Shown here piece after piece: positions 12,353 through 24,800 of a DNA stretch of 64,000 nucleotides. The DNA lies in the NCBI GenBank assembly GCA_024679065.1, contig JAGIQG010000008.1, forward strand, positions 86,490,001 through 86,554,000. Direction: 5' to 3'. The notes under the pieces were generated by a model. The model saw only the letters and a program-made list of their open reading frames with translations. It searched no databases and had not been told where the DNA came from. Position 1 is the first letter of the stretch; the number at the start of each line of letters is the position of its first letter. The position numbers were made by a program, and so were the translations under genes. The stretch comes from Sphyrna mokarran (lineage: Eukaryota).

Positions 12353-14620
12353 GTAAATAGTTATTCAAGATGACTGCATGTACAGAGATCTGTGCACTGC
12401 ATGAAATATTGTTGGCACTTTATGTAATATGGCAAGTGATTTCCAATGGGGTGGGGGAATAATACAATATCCAACTAACTTATACGGCAACGTTATAGTA
12501 ATAAGTGGGTAACAAACTGTTTCAAGTATCAAATTGGCAAATAAATCTTGAACAACCAATTTTGATTTCTTTAACATAAAATGATCATACATCTCCTACT
12601 TGATTTAAAAGTATTGGGACTGTAATTGGTCTTTCGTTGTAGCACAAAACAGATGGTGATATAAAGTTAAAGTTCAATTTTATTTTTTTTTCAGATCACT
12701 TAGTTTGCTAGACTTAGTGAGAATCTAATTTTCAAAGCATTCTACCAATTTTGTCTAAGTAGCCAGAATGAAATTAGTGAATTCATTTCATTTAGTCAAT
12801 TATGAATTTAGAAGGTTTACTCAACTAATATGCTAATACCTGGGATGTTGGTGGTGGGGAGGCTGGCTATTTTACGAGGAAAGGTTGGATTGGCTGGGCC
12901 TGGATCCAGTGCAGTTTTAAACATTGAGAGCTGTTCCAAGACACCTTTCCTTTCCAAAATACTTGAATTTCTGATACCTTCCAAATAAATGCCCATTCTT
13001 CCTGCAACTTCTCCAACTTTTTTCTCAATCACCCCACTCTCCCAGTGTTGCTGGACTTTTTGTTCAATATCCAGTTTATTATGAGTCACCAATTTGCTCT
13101 GGTTGAATATTAAAAAAAAGAAAGCCATTATCTATGGTTCACAACACATAGTCTAAACCCTTGCCATCAATCCCATTTCCTTTCCCAGCCGCTGCCTCAA
13201 CATTAACAGGACATCCTGTGCATCACACAGACAGTCTACTATCATTCCCATAACATTACTCACTTATGTCCCGCTTCTGTTCCTGAAAACCTCATCCATG
13301 CTTGACTTTTTTAATTCCCTCCTCACAAACTTCTGTCACCCATGCTTCCTGAACTTAAGTTCATCTGATGTTCTGCTTCCCTTTTCCTAATCAGCTCCAA
13401 GCCCCATTTATCCAACATCTTAGTGCTTGCAGGCCTGCATCGAGTCCACCAATGGCTTGATGTAAGAATTCTTATATTAATGTTCAAATCCCTCATTCCT
13501 TCACCTCTCCATATTTCTGCCAATGATCTCCAACCTAACAACTTTCCCAAAGACGCTGTCTTCTTCCAACAAACAACAAGGAATCCTATGTTAAGTCCAG
13601 TGGAACACCATCAGAAACTATTTCCCATTCACAAAAACATCCATCCACCCTTTGTTTCCTATTGCTAAGCCAATTTTAGATCCAACTTGTAGTCTTCCCC
13701 TGTATCCCATGAAAACTGGATTGACATAATATCTGAAATGGCACACGTTTGAAACAGTGAACTATTTGTCAGTAATGTAAGTAGCAACATTTTGGAAGCT
13801 GTTGCCTCTCTTCGTGCACTTAGTGGTGCACAAGGCAGACTTTCATTTATTCACATAGTGAGGTTTATCCTGGAGCAGGTCATTAGCTTGTTGTCAAAGG
13901 CTTTTAACTTGAGGGACACCATGCCACATCAAGCATGGCTGACCAGGAATCACTCCTTCCCTCACCATTTACCATTGGCATGTTGGAATGATTTTGCAGG
14001 TTGATATTCAACCCATTGGATCTATTATGAATACACTTTCCTTGGCCACCAAGTCCTGGGATAAGACTCAAACCTGGAGCTTCTGTCTCAGGGAAAGGGC
14101 TGTGACCCAATGCCACAAAATGCCCTTTGCCTCCATTTAATACTATAAAATTAAGTGTTTTATGAATTAATGTTGACACTTTCGATTTAATACAGCCATT
14201 TCCAGTAAAAAATAATACATCAGCACATTTTGATTTGACTTCATCATTACCACTTATATTCCTTAGTTTTATACACCATATGGAATAGATGACAGCTCAT
14301 TCAGATTTTTTTGCTCAGGGTCTAACGTGTCCATATTAGTCCAAGTTTAGAAGATGAGTAAACTCATCCATACTTGGCTCCACTGGGACCGTTTTGAGTT
14401 CTATGTTTGTTTTGATGCCTACTTGCACAATATCAATAACTCAACTTTTACTGGGGATTCTCTTTTTACATTTCATTGATAGCAGTGATGTCTTGGAAAA
14501 GCATTTTCAGATGACTGTTTCTTCAGTGTTGGTTATTGATGTTGCTTGGAGTGAAAATTTTATTTTATCCTTTTAAATTGAGAATCATGCAGTTTTAAAA
14601 CCCCTATTATTCGCTCACAG

Positions 14621-15157
14621 GGGTCAAGTGCACCACCACCCCCTTCAACATCAGTACGGAAATTTGCCGGTGGCCTCCAACTGCATACCACAGATCTTGA
14701 TGACATCAACTTAGATCAATTTGATCAGCCAGCTAAGCGAATGGCACCTCCTCCACCAGCATCCCATCTTGTTCCAGCAGCACAGCCACCCAGGATGCCA
14801 TCACCAACTACCACACCATCACGGAAAAAGCCTGCCCCACCTCCACCAACTCCACGACATCCAAAACCATCTCACGTAGGCTCCAGAGCATCACCTGTAT
14901 CCCCAATTCCACTTCCTCCATGCCCTCCAGCTCCACCGCCACCCCCACCACTCCCCATTACAATGCCCGTTCATTCTATTGCCTTTACTCATTCTCAGGG
15001 TACTATTCCAGAAGCAAGGGAAAACAACTTGTCCTATTATTCCCAAGCTGGCATGGAGCCAGTTAAAGATTGGGAAGAATACAACTATAATTCAAAAGCT
15101 GGGTACAGTCCTGTATACAATCTGGCTGGTGAACGTTCATATCCAAATAATCATCAG
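14621..15157 (+). CDS. USH1C: Harmonin-b exon D (PST region, 179 aa): GSSAPPPPSTSVRKFAGGLQLHTTDLDDI...PVKDWEE...YPNNHQ
   Basis: cgctcacag| acceptor and CAG|gtattg donor, 537 nt open, in frame with ORF 14741-15265. RKFAGGLQLHTTDLDDI and PVKDWE match human RRFAGGLHLHTTDLDDI and PVEDWE. Confidence 0.93.
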
Positions 15158-18092
15158 GTATTGACTGCATGTTATGATATCTGTTACGCTTGCTGTGTCA
15201 CTTTCCTCTGGACTGCATGTCTTCTCAACTTCCAGCCTAAATCTACACAAAATTGTTTATACTAGTGTAGGCAATCCTTCAAAAAAAATACATGGCTACA
15301 TAAATGACTGCTTGGCAAACCAAGCACATTTATTATCAACTGATAAGCATAAGATATGAACTTAATTAATAAAACTCTCATCACTGCATCAGAAAACCCA
15401 ATGATATATTTATGCATGTAACCAGAATAGCACTCCAATCCAATGCTGGGAAATTGCAGCATTGCTGGAGGTGCCATTCTTTGGATGGAATGTCAACTGC
15501 CCAACAGTGCATCTCAAAAAAAATTCATTGTGTGAATAGATGGAGCTGTGAAATGCAGCAAACAGTTCAATGGTCCATTGACATCAGCGCACGGGATTAT
15601 AAAATCCCACCTCACATATTAATTAATTGGAAACAGTTATTTGATATATTTACCTTTTGATTATTTTTTTATTTCTGACAAAGGACAGCATTCTCCATAC
15701 TTTAAAAGTTGCATGTGATTGGATTGACTTATTACTATAAATATGGCTGTTTATGTAAATATGAAATGATGATTGGAAATGTGTTGTATTGTCTCAGGTT
15801 GTGAGGAACACATCTCATGCTAGTAGAGTCTCTTCTACATCCAATAATCCATTGGTACGTGACAAAAATATTATGTGTGATTACATGAGCAATTATAGGT
15901 CATTCTTGGCATCAATGATAGGCTGAAGGCAATATAGTATACATTATTAAAAGCAAACATGGAACTTACTTAAAAGGTAGACTTTCTGGGGTGAAAGAGA
16001 AAAAAAATATTGTTGGAGATGTCAGACGAGTGATTAACTGATTCCTGTATGTGCTTTACATTCAGTGAGTGGACTTGTATTTGAGTTGATACTCAGATAT
16101 ATTCAAGACCTTCATTGCCAACATAAATGAATTGGCTGATATCTGGAACATTATTACTGTTAGATCAATTCTTAAACTAAGAATTAGAATGACAACAATT
16201 CATGACAGTAGCAAAATTGAAGTATATGTGTCACATTAATGAGGGGTAGTTTCATTTCATATCCATGTGCATGCAATCTGAATCAATGATCAAAACTAAG
16301 CTGATACTGGAACAAAACGAAGTGACTCTGGAAAAGGTCAATTCACTTCATCTTTGCAACCCATTGATGCTTTTGCAAGACCTTTAGTCTCCAGGTTCAG
16401 TGAGTGTAGCTGTTTGCTCTTGCATCAATGGATATAGATGTACCATAAATACTAAATACAATTAATGTTTAAAGTCTGGTTACCTGTTATTGGATCAGTT
16501 TTCCAATTATAGAAATTTTCCGTTAATGCTAGCTGAAATGAAACTAAAATAAAATTTTAAAAATTTGTAATGTGCAATATATACTATTGAAAATAATCCA
16601 TTAAAAAATTTATTCATTCACAATAGAGATATATTTGAAAAGATTTACAGCTATTATAATTGAGAGAGTGTCACATTGACATTTCCTCTTCATTGAATCA
16701 CATCCTAATATTTATTTTAAGGTACAATGTAGACTAATTTTATGTATTTCTAATCATGACTTTGACAGAGCAATTGCTTAATTATAGTAATGTTTAGGAT
16801 TTTGAGGTATAAGAACCTTCTAATTAAAGGAGAACCTCTTTAAGGTTTGATTTTTTAATTTCTAACACTAGGATCTTCAGTTGTGTTTAAACCAAGAAGC
16901 TATAAATAACTAATATTTATGAATCAAGTAGAATTTATTGAAAAGATTTTACACAAACTTAACATGAAGCAGTGAATACAACATAGAAGTTTTTCATCTC
17001 TCAAGATCCCGGGAACACTTGGTGTTGTCAACAAAAAAATGCTCTCTTTCTTTGTCTTTGTCGTTGAAGAGATGTTAAATGTTGTCCAGAAGAGCCATGG
17101 TGTCACTGCGCCATGAGAATGATAACTTCTCAGCTTTTATCCCCAAAATTCCTATTCCTCCTTCCTCTTTTAGAGATGGTCCAAATGCACTCCTCCTAGT
17201 GGCTTTAGGATGCAATTTATCTCATATCACCCTGCCTTTGTAACAACCCTTGATTTATGGGTTGTAAGCTCTAGAAGTTTATATTCCATCACAAACAAAT
17301 GTACACTTCCTCCCAGAGGAACATAAATACTCATATGCTCTTGTCAGTATATCTTAAACCAAGCTGCACACTAAAGCTATTAAAATCAATGGTTAAGCCA
17401 ACTTCTTATAATATTGTTAGAAAAAAAAATTCCTGTCTGGTACAGTCAATTAAAGCAATGCATGGTATTGTATTTTAAAGGATAAGCTTGCAGACTACGA
17501 AGTTACAAACAAACGAAAGCTTTACTGGAAGTGTGTTTACTCTATAGACTATTAGGTCAGATTGCCTGTTTGCTTGCACAAAAGAGCTGATGATGCCATT
17601 AGGATGTCACATGATCTTGTTCCAACTAGGAACAATATGGATACACAACACTTTCTTCCAGTTTACATCAGAAGTTCTTGCAATTAAAAACAATAAACTG
17701 TTAACAATCAAAATGCTGAATATGAACAATTAATAATCACAACAGTCAATAGGTTAGATGTTTCGGAGGACGCCAATTTCTGGGTGGTTGTCAGTGAATC
17801 TCAGGCATTAGATTGTACATGTTTTCTTTAACCTCTGATGTTTTTGGTTTAGTTTGGACTTTGGTAGCCTTTATCAGAGTCGATATAGTGTTTGGAGATT
17901 GACTCAGTATTGAAGTGTTTTCAACTAGGATACTGTCTTCCCCAATTGCTTTGGACTTTGTCAGGTTCTTAGGTATGTCCAGGTTTTCACTTGGCACAGC
18001 TTGTTTGGACTTTCACTTGATTCTGTCTCTGGCAAATTGGTTCTGGTTGTCAAAAGTTGGTCTGCTTGTCTTCTCCACGTTACATCATTTCA

Positions 18093-18416
18093 GGTATGGT
18101 GGCACAGTAGATAGTACTGCTGCCTCACAGCACCAAGGACCTGGATTCGATTCCCAGCTTAGGTCACTGTCTGTGCGGAATCCACATGTTTTTCCTCTAT
18201 CTGTGTGGGTTTCCTCTGAGTGTTCTGGTTTCCTCCCACAGTCCACAATGTGGGTTAGGTGGATTGGCTGTGCTAAATTGCCCCTTTTTGTTAGGGAAAC
18301 CAGCTAGGGTAAATGCATGGGGTTATGGGGATAGAGCTTGTGTGGGATTGTGGTCAGTGCATACTCGATGGACTGAATGGCCTCCTTCCACGCTATAGGG
18401 AGTCTATGATTCTATG
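18093..18416 (+). mobile_element. Full-length HE1-like V-SINE
   Basis: ggtggcacagtagatag (A box), ggattcgattccc (B box), V-domain and 3' tail ctatgattctatg. Nested in the Gypsy element. Confidence 0.9.
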
Positions 18417-19889
18417 AAATTAGTGTAGTTAGGGGACTGCTTGTCTCTGTGCTAAGATGATGATAGGTATCATCTTCTCTGTGGTGGTACAGTTCCTTGC
18501 TAATACTTCTTGATCTTTATGAAAAACACAATGTTTAGCCACATTCTCATGTTGTATGACCTGATCTTGCTGTTCCTTCTCAACAATATCTCTTGTCTTA
18601 GTGGCTTAAGCAAAACAGGTACTGTGCATAATTGGCGTTTTATCATGAGCAATGCCAAAGAACATTGGGTTCTCAACTGTGTAGTATTCCAGTAGATCAT
18701 CAAGACTTCACTCAATCATTTAAACAATGAACTTCGTTCTCGAGTTACCTTTGACAAATGTCTGAATAAACCATTTTGCCAGTCTCTTTGTGGCAGGACA
18801 ATAACAAGTGAATTGGATATGTTGAATCCTATTCTTCTTTAAATAGTTTGTGAATTCTTACAAAATGAACTGCAGCCCATTGTTGCTCACAAGTTGATCA
18901 GAGTAACCAAATCTTCCAAAAATTTCATCCACCTTTCTACAGTTCTCACTGAGAACATTGCCTCCTTAATGTTGATTTCAAGCCACTTCAAGTATGCATC
19001 AACCACAATGAGAAACATTTGCCCATCAGATGATCCAGCATAATCTATATGAATTCTTTACTGTGGCCCATCTGGTCATTCCCTTATTGTACAGTATCAT
19101 CACACAGCCCAGTATCCCTACATGACCCAGCAAATAAATCATCAATCGGGGCAGAGAGTACCACTGTGTGTACAGTATTTAATTGATAGTGATATTAAAA
19201 TCGCCACAAATATGTACCACCTTTCTTCATTATGGGTACTACTGGTGTGGTTCAATCACAGTAATGGGTTCAAGGACTCTCATCTTGACTAGCCACTCTA
19301 ATTCTGTCACTACCTTAAGCCTGATTGCTTATGGCACTGGCTTAACTTTCATGCTTGACTTTCATCCTTATTCTTTAATTTGACTGAGATCTCCTTCATG
19401 CTTCCCAGCTCCTCATTAAAGATATTAAAATATTCAGTAGACCAGCTTCAGAATCTAACATGAGGTTGACTTTGGCCCATTTAATTTGATCTTTCCCAGC
19501 CAGATTCTCTCCATTAATTCTTTCCATTAGTGCAGGGACAAGTCTGCAATCTGTCCATTCAAATGCACATTTACATCGATACTGCATCTCAACAGAACCA
19601 CTTCTCTAGTGGAGGTTTTTAATTATTATCTTCAAGGTTTTCAAGACAATATATCATTGTTTCTCTTGGTAAAAAGTTTCTGGAACCAATGAAACTATTG
19701 CTGCAGTTTCCGCCTCCATTTTCAGCAGTTGCCAATCCAATAAAGGAGTGACCCAGCATCTGTTCATTATATCAACAATAGTCAATATGTTCAACAACCA
19801 TGTATCTTCTGACTGTGACTCTGGTCTTTTTCGCACTTTTTTTATATCGCTTGGATATTTTCCCTCTATTCAGTTCTCTACAGGATGCA

Positions 19890-20198
19890 TTTAGAGCAAC
19901 ACAGCACGGGAAACAGGCCCTTCGGCCCAACGAGCCCGCGCCGCCGTCATAACTATATAGTAGCAATTCCATTATCATAATATAAAATTAGGTTATTCCT
20001 AATATGGAAGACTCTCACTATAGGGACAATTTGTTTCCCAATCAGCCTAAGAGCGAATTTTTGGGATGTGGGAGGAAACCGGAGCACCCGGAGAAAACCC
20101 ACGCACCACGGGGAGAACGCGCAAACTCCCGCAGACACTGGCCCAATTCCAAGTGTCTGCACAGCTACAGCGATAGTCACTGAGCTGTCATGGTGCCC
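19890..20198 (-). mobile_element. Young CpG-rich V-SINE variant with CR1-type tail
   Basis: V-domain retains CpGs (rc: gcgcgttctccccgtggtgcgtgggttttctccgggtgctccggtttcc). Tail is gggctcgttgggccgaagggcctgtttcccgtgctg. Confidence 0.8.
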
Positions 20199-20599
20199 TT
20201 CAGATGGTCCAGATAAAGCACTCATTTACGACATGAAGCACCAGGCAAACCATGAATCAACATCCAAGAGCTGTCCTCGCACCACCTGCCGAATGCATGC
20301 TCCTTGTTGGTCAAGTATGGACCGAATTACCTGTGGAAAAAAAGCCATTTAGTTCTTGCTTTTTATAAATCTTGCTTGGAACTAGGTGTTTTTTTCTCTA
20401 ACAAACATGTTTGATGTGCCCCTTTCTGCCACAATTTCCACACTTTACGTCTTTGCTGCATGCCTATTTTTTGCGCATTGGTGACAAATTCAATCCAGTG
20501 TCTGGGTTCTGGTCTCAGCTGACATTTAATGGATTCTAGTGTGTGACCGTAACTGTTGAGCTTCCTTGGCTGCCATTTCTATGGAGACTGCATTTTTTT

Positions 20600-20888
20600 T
20601 TATTTCTTAATGCTGCAAGTAGGCTTACATTAACATTGCAACGAAGTTACTGTAAAAATCCCCTGTCACCACACTCTGATTACTGTTTGGGTATACTGAG
20701 GGAGAATTTTGCATGGCCAATGTACCTAACCAGCACATCTTACAGGCTGTGAGAGCAAACCAGAATACCCAGAGGAAACTCACAAAGACACGGGAGAACA
20801 TGCAAACTCTGCACCGACAGTGACCCAAGCCAGGAATTGAACGTGGGTCCTTGGCGCTGTGAGGCAGTAGGGCTAAACACTGTGTCAC
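20600..20888 (-). mobile_element. V-SINE (same variant tail as 1858-2139)
   Basis: caagtaggcttacattaaca...gaagttactg tail is shared with 1858-2139. Reverse strand shows the tRNA head. Confidence 0.82.
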
Positions 20889-22601
20889 TGTAACATAAAA
20901 CCTTCTTTATGTCAGTTTGCTTTTTGTTAACATCTTAACCCAAACACTCTAGTCATGGTGTCATTCAAGATATCCCCAAATTCACTGTATTCAGCTAATT
21001 TCTTCAAAGTAACTATGAACTGTGTGATTCATTCACCTTCTTATTGGTTGAGCTCATGGAACCTGAACATCTCGGCGGTGACCGAAAGCTAGATGAGAAG
21101 TGGCCCTGCAACATTCCTAAAGCCTCATCATCAGTTTTCAAGCTAGCCTTTTCTGACTATACCAAACTTCGCAGAAGGTTTAATTCCTACCACCCCCACC
21201 CCCCTCCATTGTACTCAGGAAAGAAATACCTAACGCAGTTTTATTTCCTTGAGCAAAGTAATCAAATCTTTCAGTATAGGAGTCTCCACCACTTGATGTT
21301 CTCATCATACAGTCCCCATGGTACCAAACATTGCCACCGTTTTTACCACGGAAAGGGTTGTGTGAGCATAATGTGCCACCAAATGTTTTAGCACTATCTC
21401 ACTTTTTTCAAACAAGGCAACCCTGAGCTCAGCCTGTTTCGTTCTAGATTTTGCAGCACCTCCAGCTCTAAACTTATTGTTGTTGGGTAATTGCGACTCA
21501 GTGCTCCCTGTACTGTTCCAGATCTTTCCATGTAAAGCACATGGATGGCAAGTATCTTTTTGATGTTGTTTCTCTGAAATCTTTGTTTACATTTCAGCTC
21601 CTTTGATAGCTGTTACTCTCTCCTCATCACCAGCTTTGCTGCAGCAATTTAACTGCTTGGGTCTTTCTGGATATCAATTTTTGATATCTGGACTAGCAAT
21701 TTTTCCACTTGTTTAACTGGATTTCTGCAATTCTTATTTTGGGTATTTGCAGTGTGAATCAACCACCTCGTCACCAGTTTTCCTTGTGGTATTTTTAAAG
21801 GATAGGCTTGCAGATCATGAAATTATATGAAGTACAAATATAACAGAGCTTTATTAGAAAGATGTTTACTCTACAGCTTTTGGAATAGACTGTCTATTTG
21901 CGCACACAAACAGCTGATGATGTTATCAGGATGTCACATGATCAGTCCTTAAAAATCTTCTTGTTCCAACTAGGAACAATTTGAATATACAGCACATTAT
22001 GAACTTAAGATGTCACTACACTATGTTTTTGTCATTTTTTTAAATTGATTTAAAAACAAACATCTAATTGTCTTGTGGCTATTAAGACTGCTTCAACTTC
22101 AGACTCAAATGAACTCCATCATGAAACAATAAAAAAATGTTTCTTTGCAAGCAGTTGGTTTTCCTGTTTCCCCAGTTACTTTGACTGTTATTTGCCCAAC
22201 AACAAGTGAAAACTGAATGACTTAATTTTAAACTGATTGCAGGATATAATCTGTAGAAATTACAGATTCTAAAAATTAATAGGTTTATCAAAATCTTACA
22301 TTATCAATAATTGATTAGGTGGAATGTGTTGTTTTTTCCATTGTAAAGTACTTCCTAGAAAGGCTTTATTGTGAATGTAAAGTTCAAAAAATATATAAGA
22401 ATTAATATGAAGAATAAAATTTTGCATTATAATTAGGTTGATGTGTTTTTTTTTTGAGTGGCAATGCTTCCAGTATATATCAAATTTATTTAAGTGAGAT
22501 AGTGAACTTAAGTGACCAAATATTTTATTTACATGTTAATTGTGCTTTCCCTTTCCATCTACTATGGATGACATGTCATCTTTTACTGCACGTAACTCCA
22601 G

Positions 22602-22718
22602 CAACTCGCCCCAAGCCCACCTATTCAAAAGCGACCCATGGGGCCGATGGCTTCCAAACCAGTCATGTTGCCCCCTAGCCCAACCCACATGCATAAGACA
22701 AGAGCTAAACTGGAATTG
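22602..22718 (+). CDS. USH1C: Harmonin-b exon E: QLAPSPPIQKRPMGPMASKPVMLPPSPTHMHKTRAKLEL
   Basis: taactccag| acceptor and strong TTG|gtaagt donor, 117 nt, phase 0/0. PSP and SKPVM align with recalled human TFCPSPQPPRGPGVSTISKPVMVHQEP... Confidence 0.88.
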
Positions 22719-23709
22719 GTAAGTTATATTTTAATGTTTTAATCTATCTAGTTCATCTTAATCTGCCTGGCTTTAATTTGTTTTCCTTTAATAGTGGAAT
22801 CGATAGTTGGAATTTTTATGTAACAGCCAACTGCTTGTGACAACCATAGGTTGCAAGTATTACCTGCAGCTCATGCCAGTCGATCAAAATTATCCTGCAG
22901 TTGAGATTCAAAGTATGTTTTATGTCTTGCAGCTACTACATTTTGTCTGCAATGTGCAAACAGCCAGAACCAGTCAAGAGGCTAAATAATTGTAGGTAAT
23001 CCAGGATTGAATGCAAGTCATCTGGCTCTGGATAAAGAAGCAGACCAAGGTTGGGGAGCTAAGATTTGGTACGAGATTGTTTTGTAACGAGTGCAGGACT
23101 GCCAGTGTAAGCTAACCACAGTATGCTCAAGGATCATGGGGAAACATGCGGGTGGCTATAGGTTGACAAATCAATGTCAAAGGTTCAATCCCCCTGCTAG
23201 TTGTGATGGTTCATGGAGTCTTGCCTCATTGCCTTGACCCTGCATGATGATAGTGCCCCTCCAGCGATATAACACCATTTGTCTCTCTCTAACAGAGATA
23301 ATGCCTCGTGAGCTATAACTAATTACTAAGACTTTAACATTAACTAACTTATAGATCTTGTTGGTAACATAAGCTGATGTTGCACATTATTAAAAATGTA
23401 CAAAGAATAACAGAAAGCTGGAAATAATTTCAAAATAATCTGAATAATTCAGATTATAAACTATAAAAGTAGAATTTGCATTGCTCTCAAATATGGTCTG
23501 AGCCTGGAGTTAGAAACTGCTGCAGAATAATTACATTTTGTAGTTGATTAAAGGTAGTTCCATTATATTTTGAATACTTACACTTCAAAACAGATTTTTA
23601 AAAAGATATCTAAAGCCAATGCATTCCATTGGTCCTTATTATAGGACAGAGGAAGGAAGGAGATTGAATCAAGAAGCAAGAAATCATGTCAGTTGTTTTC
23701 CACTGACAT

Positions 23710-24800
23710 ATGGGAATGATTCTCCCAGTCCTTTGCACTGCTTTTATAGTGCTGCGGGCTAGGAGATTTGAGCATAGGGCATTTCGCAGATTCTTCGCTA
23801 GGTGCCTCGAGTTTCCAGTGTCTGGAATTCTAGCACCATCAGCTCTGCACCAATGTTTGGTGCGGTGCTGTATAAATTACATCAATTACAATTTGAATCA
23901 TTTTTAAATATGGTTAGTGGGCCTGGGGCTGAGGCCTCCGGGCCCACTAGCTTCAACCCTGCGGTAGGAGTGGTTCATTCCAGTGGGGTTTACTGTAGCT
24001 CCCTACTTACAGAGATCGAGCTGCCCCACCCCATTGGAGTGAGGAGGGGGGATATCGAGGCCCTCTAGAGGATCGGGGATGAAGTAGTGTCCCATGGGCA
24101 TTGCCAGCTTGGCAGTGCCAACCTGGGACCCCTAGCAGTGCCCAAGCGGCAAAGTGCCAGTGCTCAGGATATTCCTTGGCAATTCCCACTGGGCATCAGG
24201 AAGTACCAAGTGGGTGAGCAAAATGAGATTGGGAACACTAAAGGGCAATCAGTGGAGGGATACCTCTGCCACTTTGCATACAGATCTCAAGCAGAGGGAG
24301 GGAGGCCAGCAATCGGAACTGGGCATCGGGGTGGGGGAACCGAAGGGGAGATTGGGAGATAATGGCTGCCTGATGGAGGGTGCAGTTGGTGGTTGGGAGT
24401 TGTGGGGTGGATCGGTGAGGTGGGTGGTGGAGAGATCCAGGCTGTTGGGGGATGGGGATTGGGAGATTGGGGCTGTTGGGGGGGGCGAGGGGGAATCAGA
24501 CTGCTCGGAGGTGGGGGATAGATCAAGGTGGCCAAAAGAGAAGAGGGGATGGTTCAGACTGGCCAGAGCCAACAATCGGGCGTTATGGGGGTCAGAAAGT
24601 CAGCAATGTGAGGTCATGAGGCTCGCCAGCAATCAAGCTGGACAGCAGTCTGGAGGCCAGAAGTGCAGGACTATTGCACATGCACTGATCTCTACTTTGA
24701 CAGATTGGCATATGCCAACCTTATGACATCAGTGAGTTTTTTGTGGCACTGGGATCAAATCCTTCTGACCACGCCCACACCATTGACCTCTTCGACCACC
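23710..24800. mobile_element. GC-rich non-autonomous DNA element (Harbinger-type MITE-like) with G-rich internal tract
   Basis: Starts gggaatgattctccc, like other ggg..attctcc-ended elements in the window. Related segments recur at ~54280-54780 and ~56270-56700. Confidence 0.45.

Larger units (their letters stand above)
17463..21996 (-). mobile_element. Internally deleted, decayed Gypsy LTR retrotransposon with nested SINEs
   Basis: Direct ~190-210 bp LTRs at ~17463-17650 and 21785-21996. PBS tggtgacgagg (rc of 21766-21776, tRNA-Ser(GCU)-like) and PPT ggaagaaag (rc of 17651-17659). Minus-strand integrase motifs RIHIDYAG..GQMFLIVVDAYLKWLE (~18975-19060) and VSNNGLQF, plus protease-like LKMEAETAAIVS (~19700). 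No RT motif seen. Confidence 0.85.

Noticed and set aside
15158-15265. Cys-rich hydrophobic read-through tail of ORF 14741-15265 (VLTACYDICYACCVTFLWTAC...), resembling a membrane anchor
   Set aside because: It lies after a CAG|gtattg donor that keeps frame with exon E. Some of the cysteines come from the intronic TGCATG/TG-rich motifs. Intron retention cannot be excluded without RNA data.
20000-20025. T7-promoter-like taatatggaagactctcactataggg suggesting vector contamination
   Set aside because: Only ctcactataggg matches exactly, and it sits inside a SINE body with no other vector sequence.
24154-24726. 190-aa Gly-rich ORF and overlapping Pro-rich antisense ORFs (similar cases at 38577-39032 and 46401-46751)
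   Set aside because: These are low-complexity G/C-skewed tracts inside repeats, which lack stop codons by composition. No recognisable domain.
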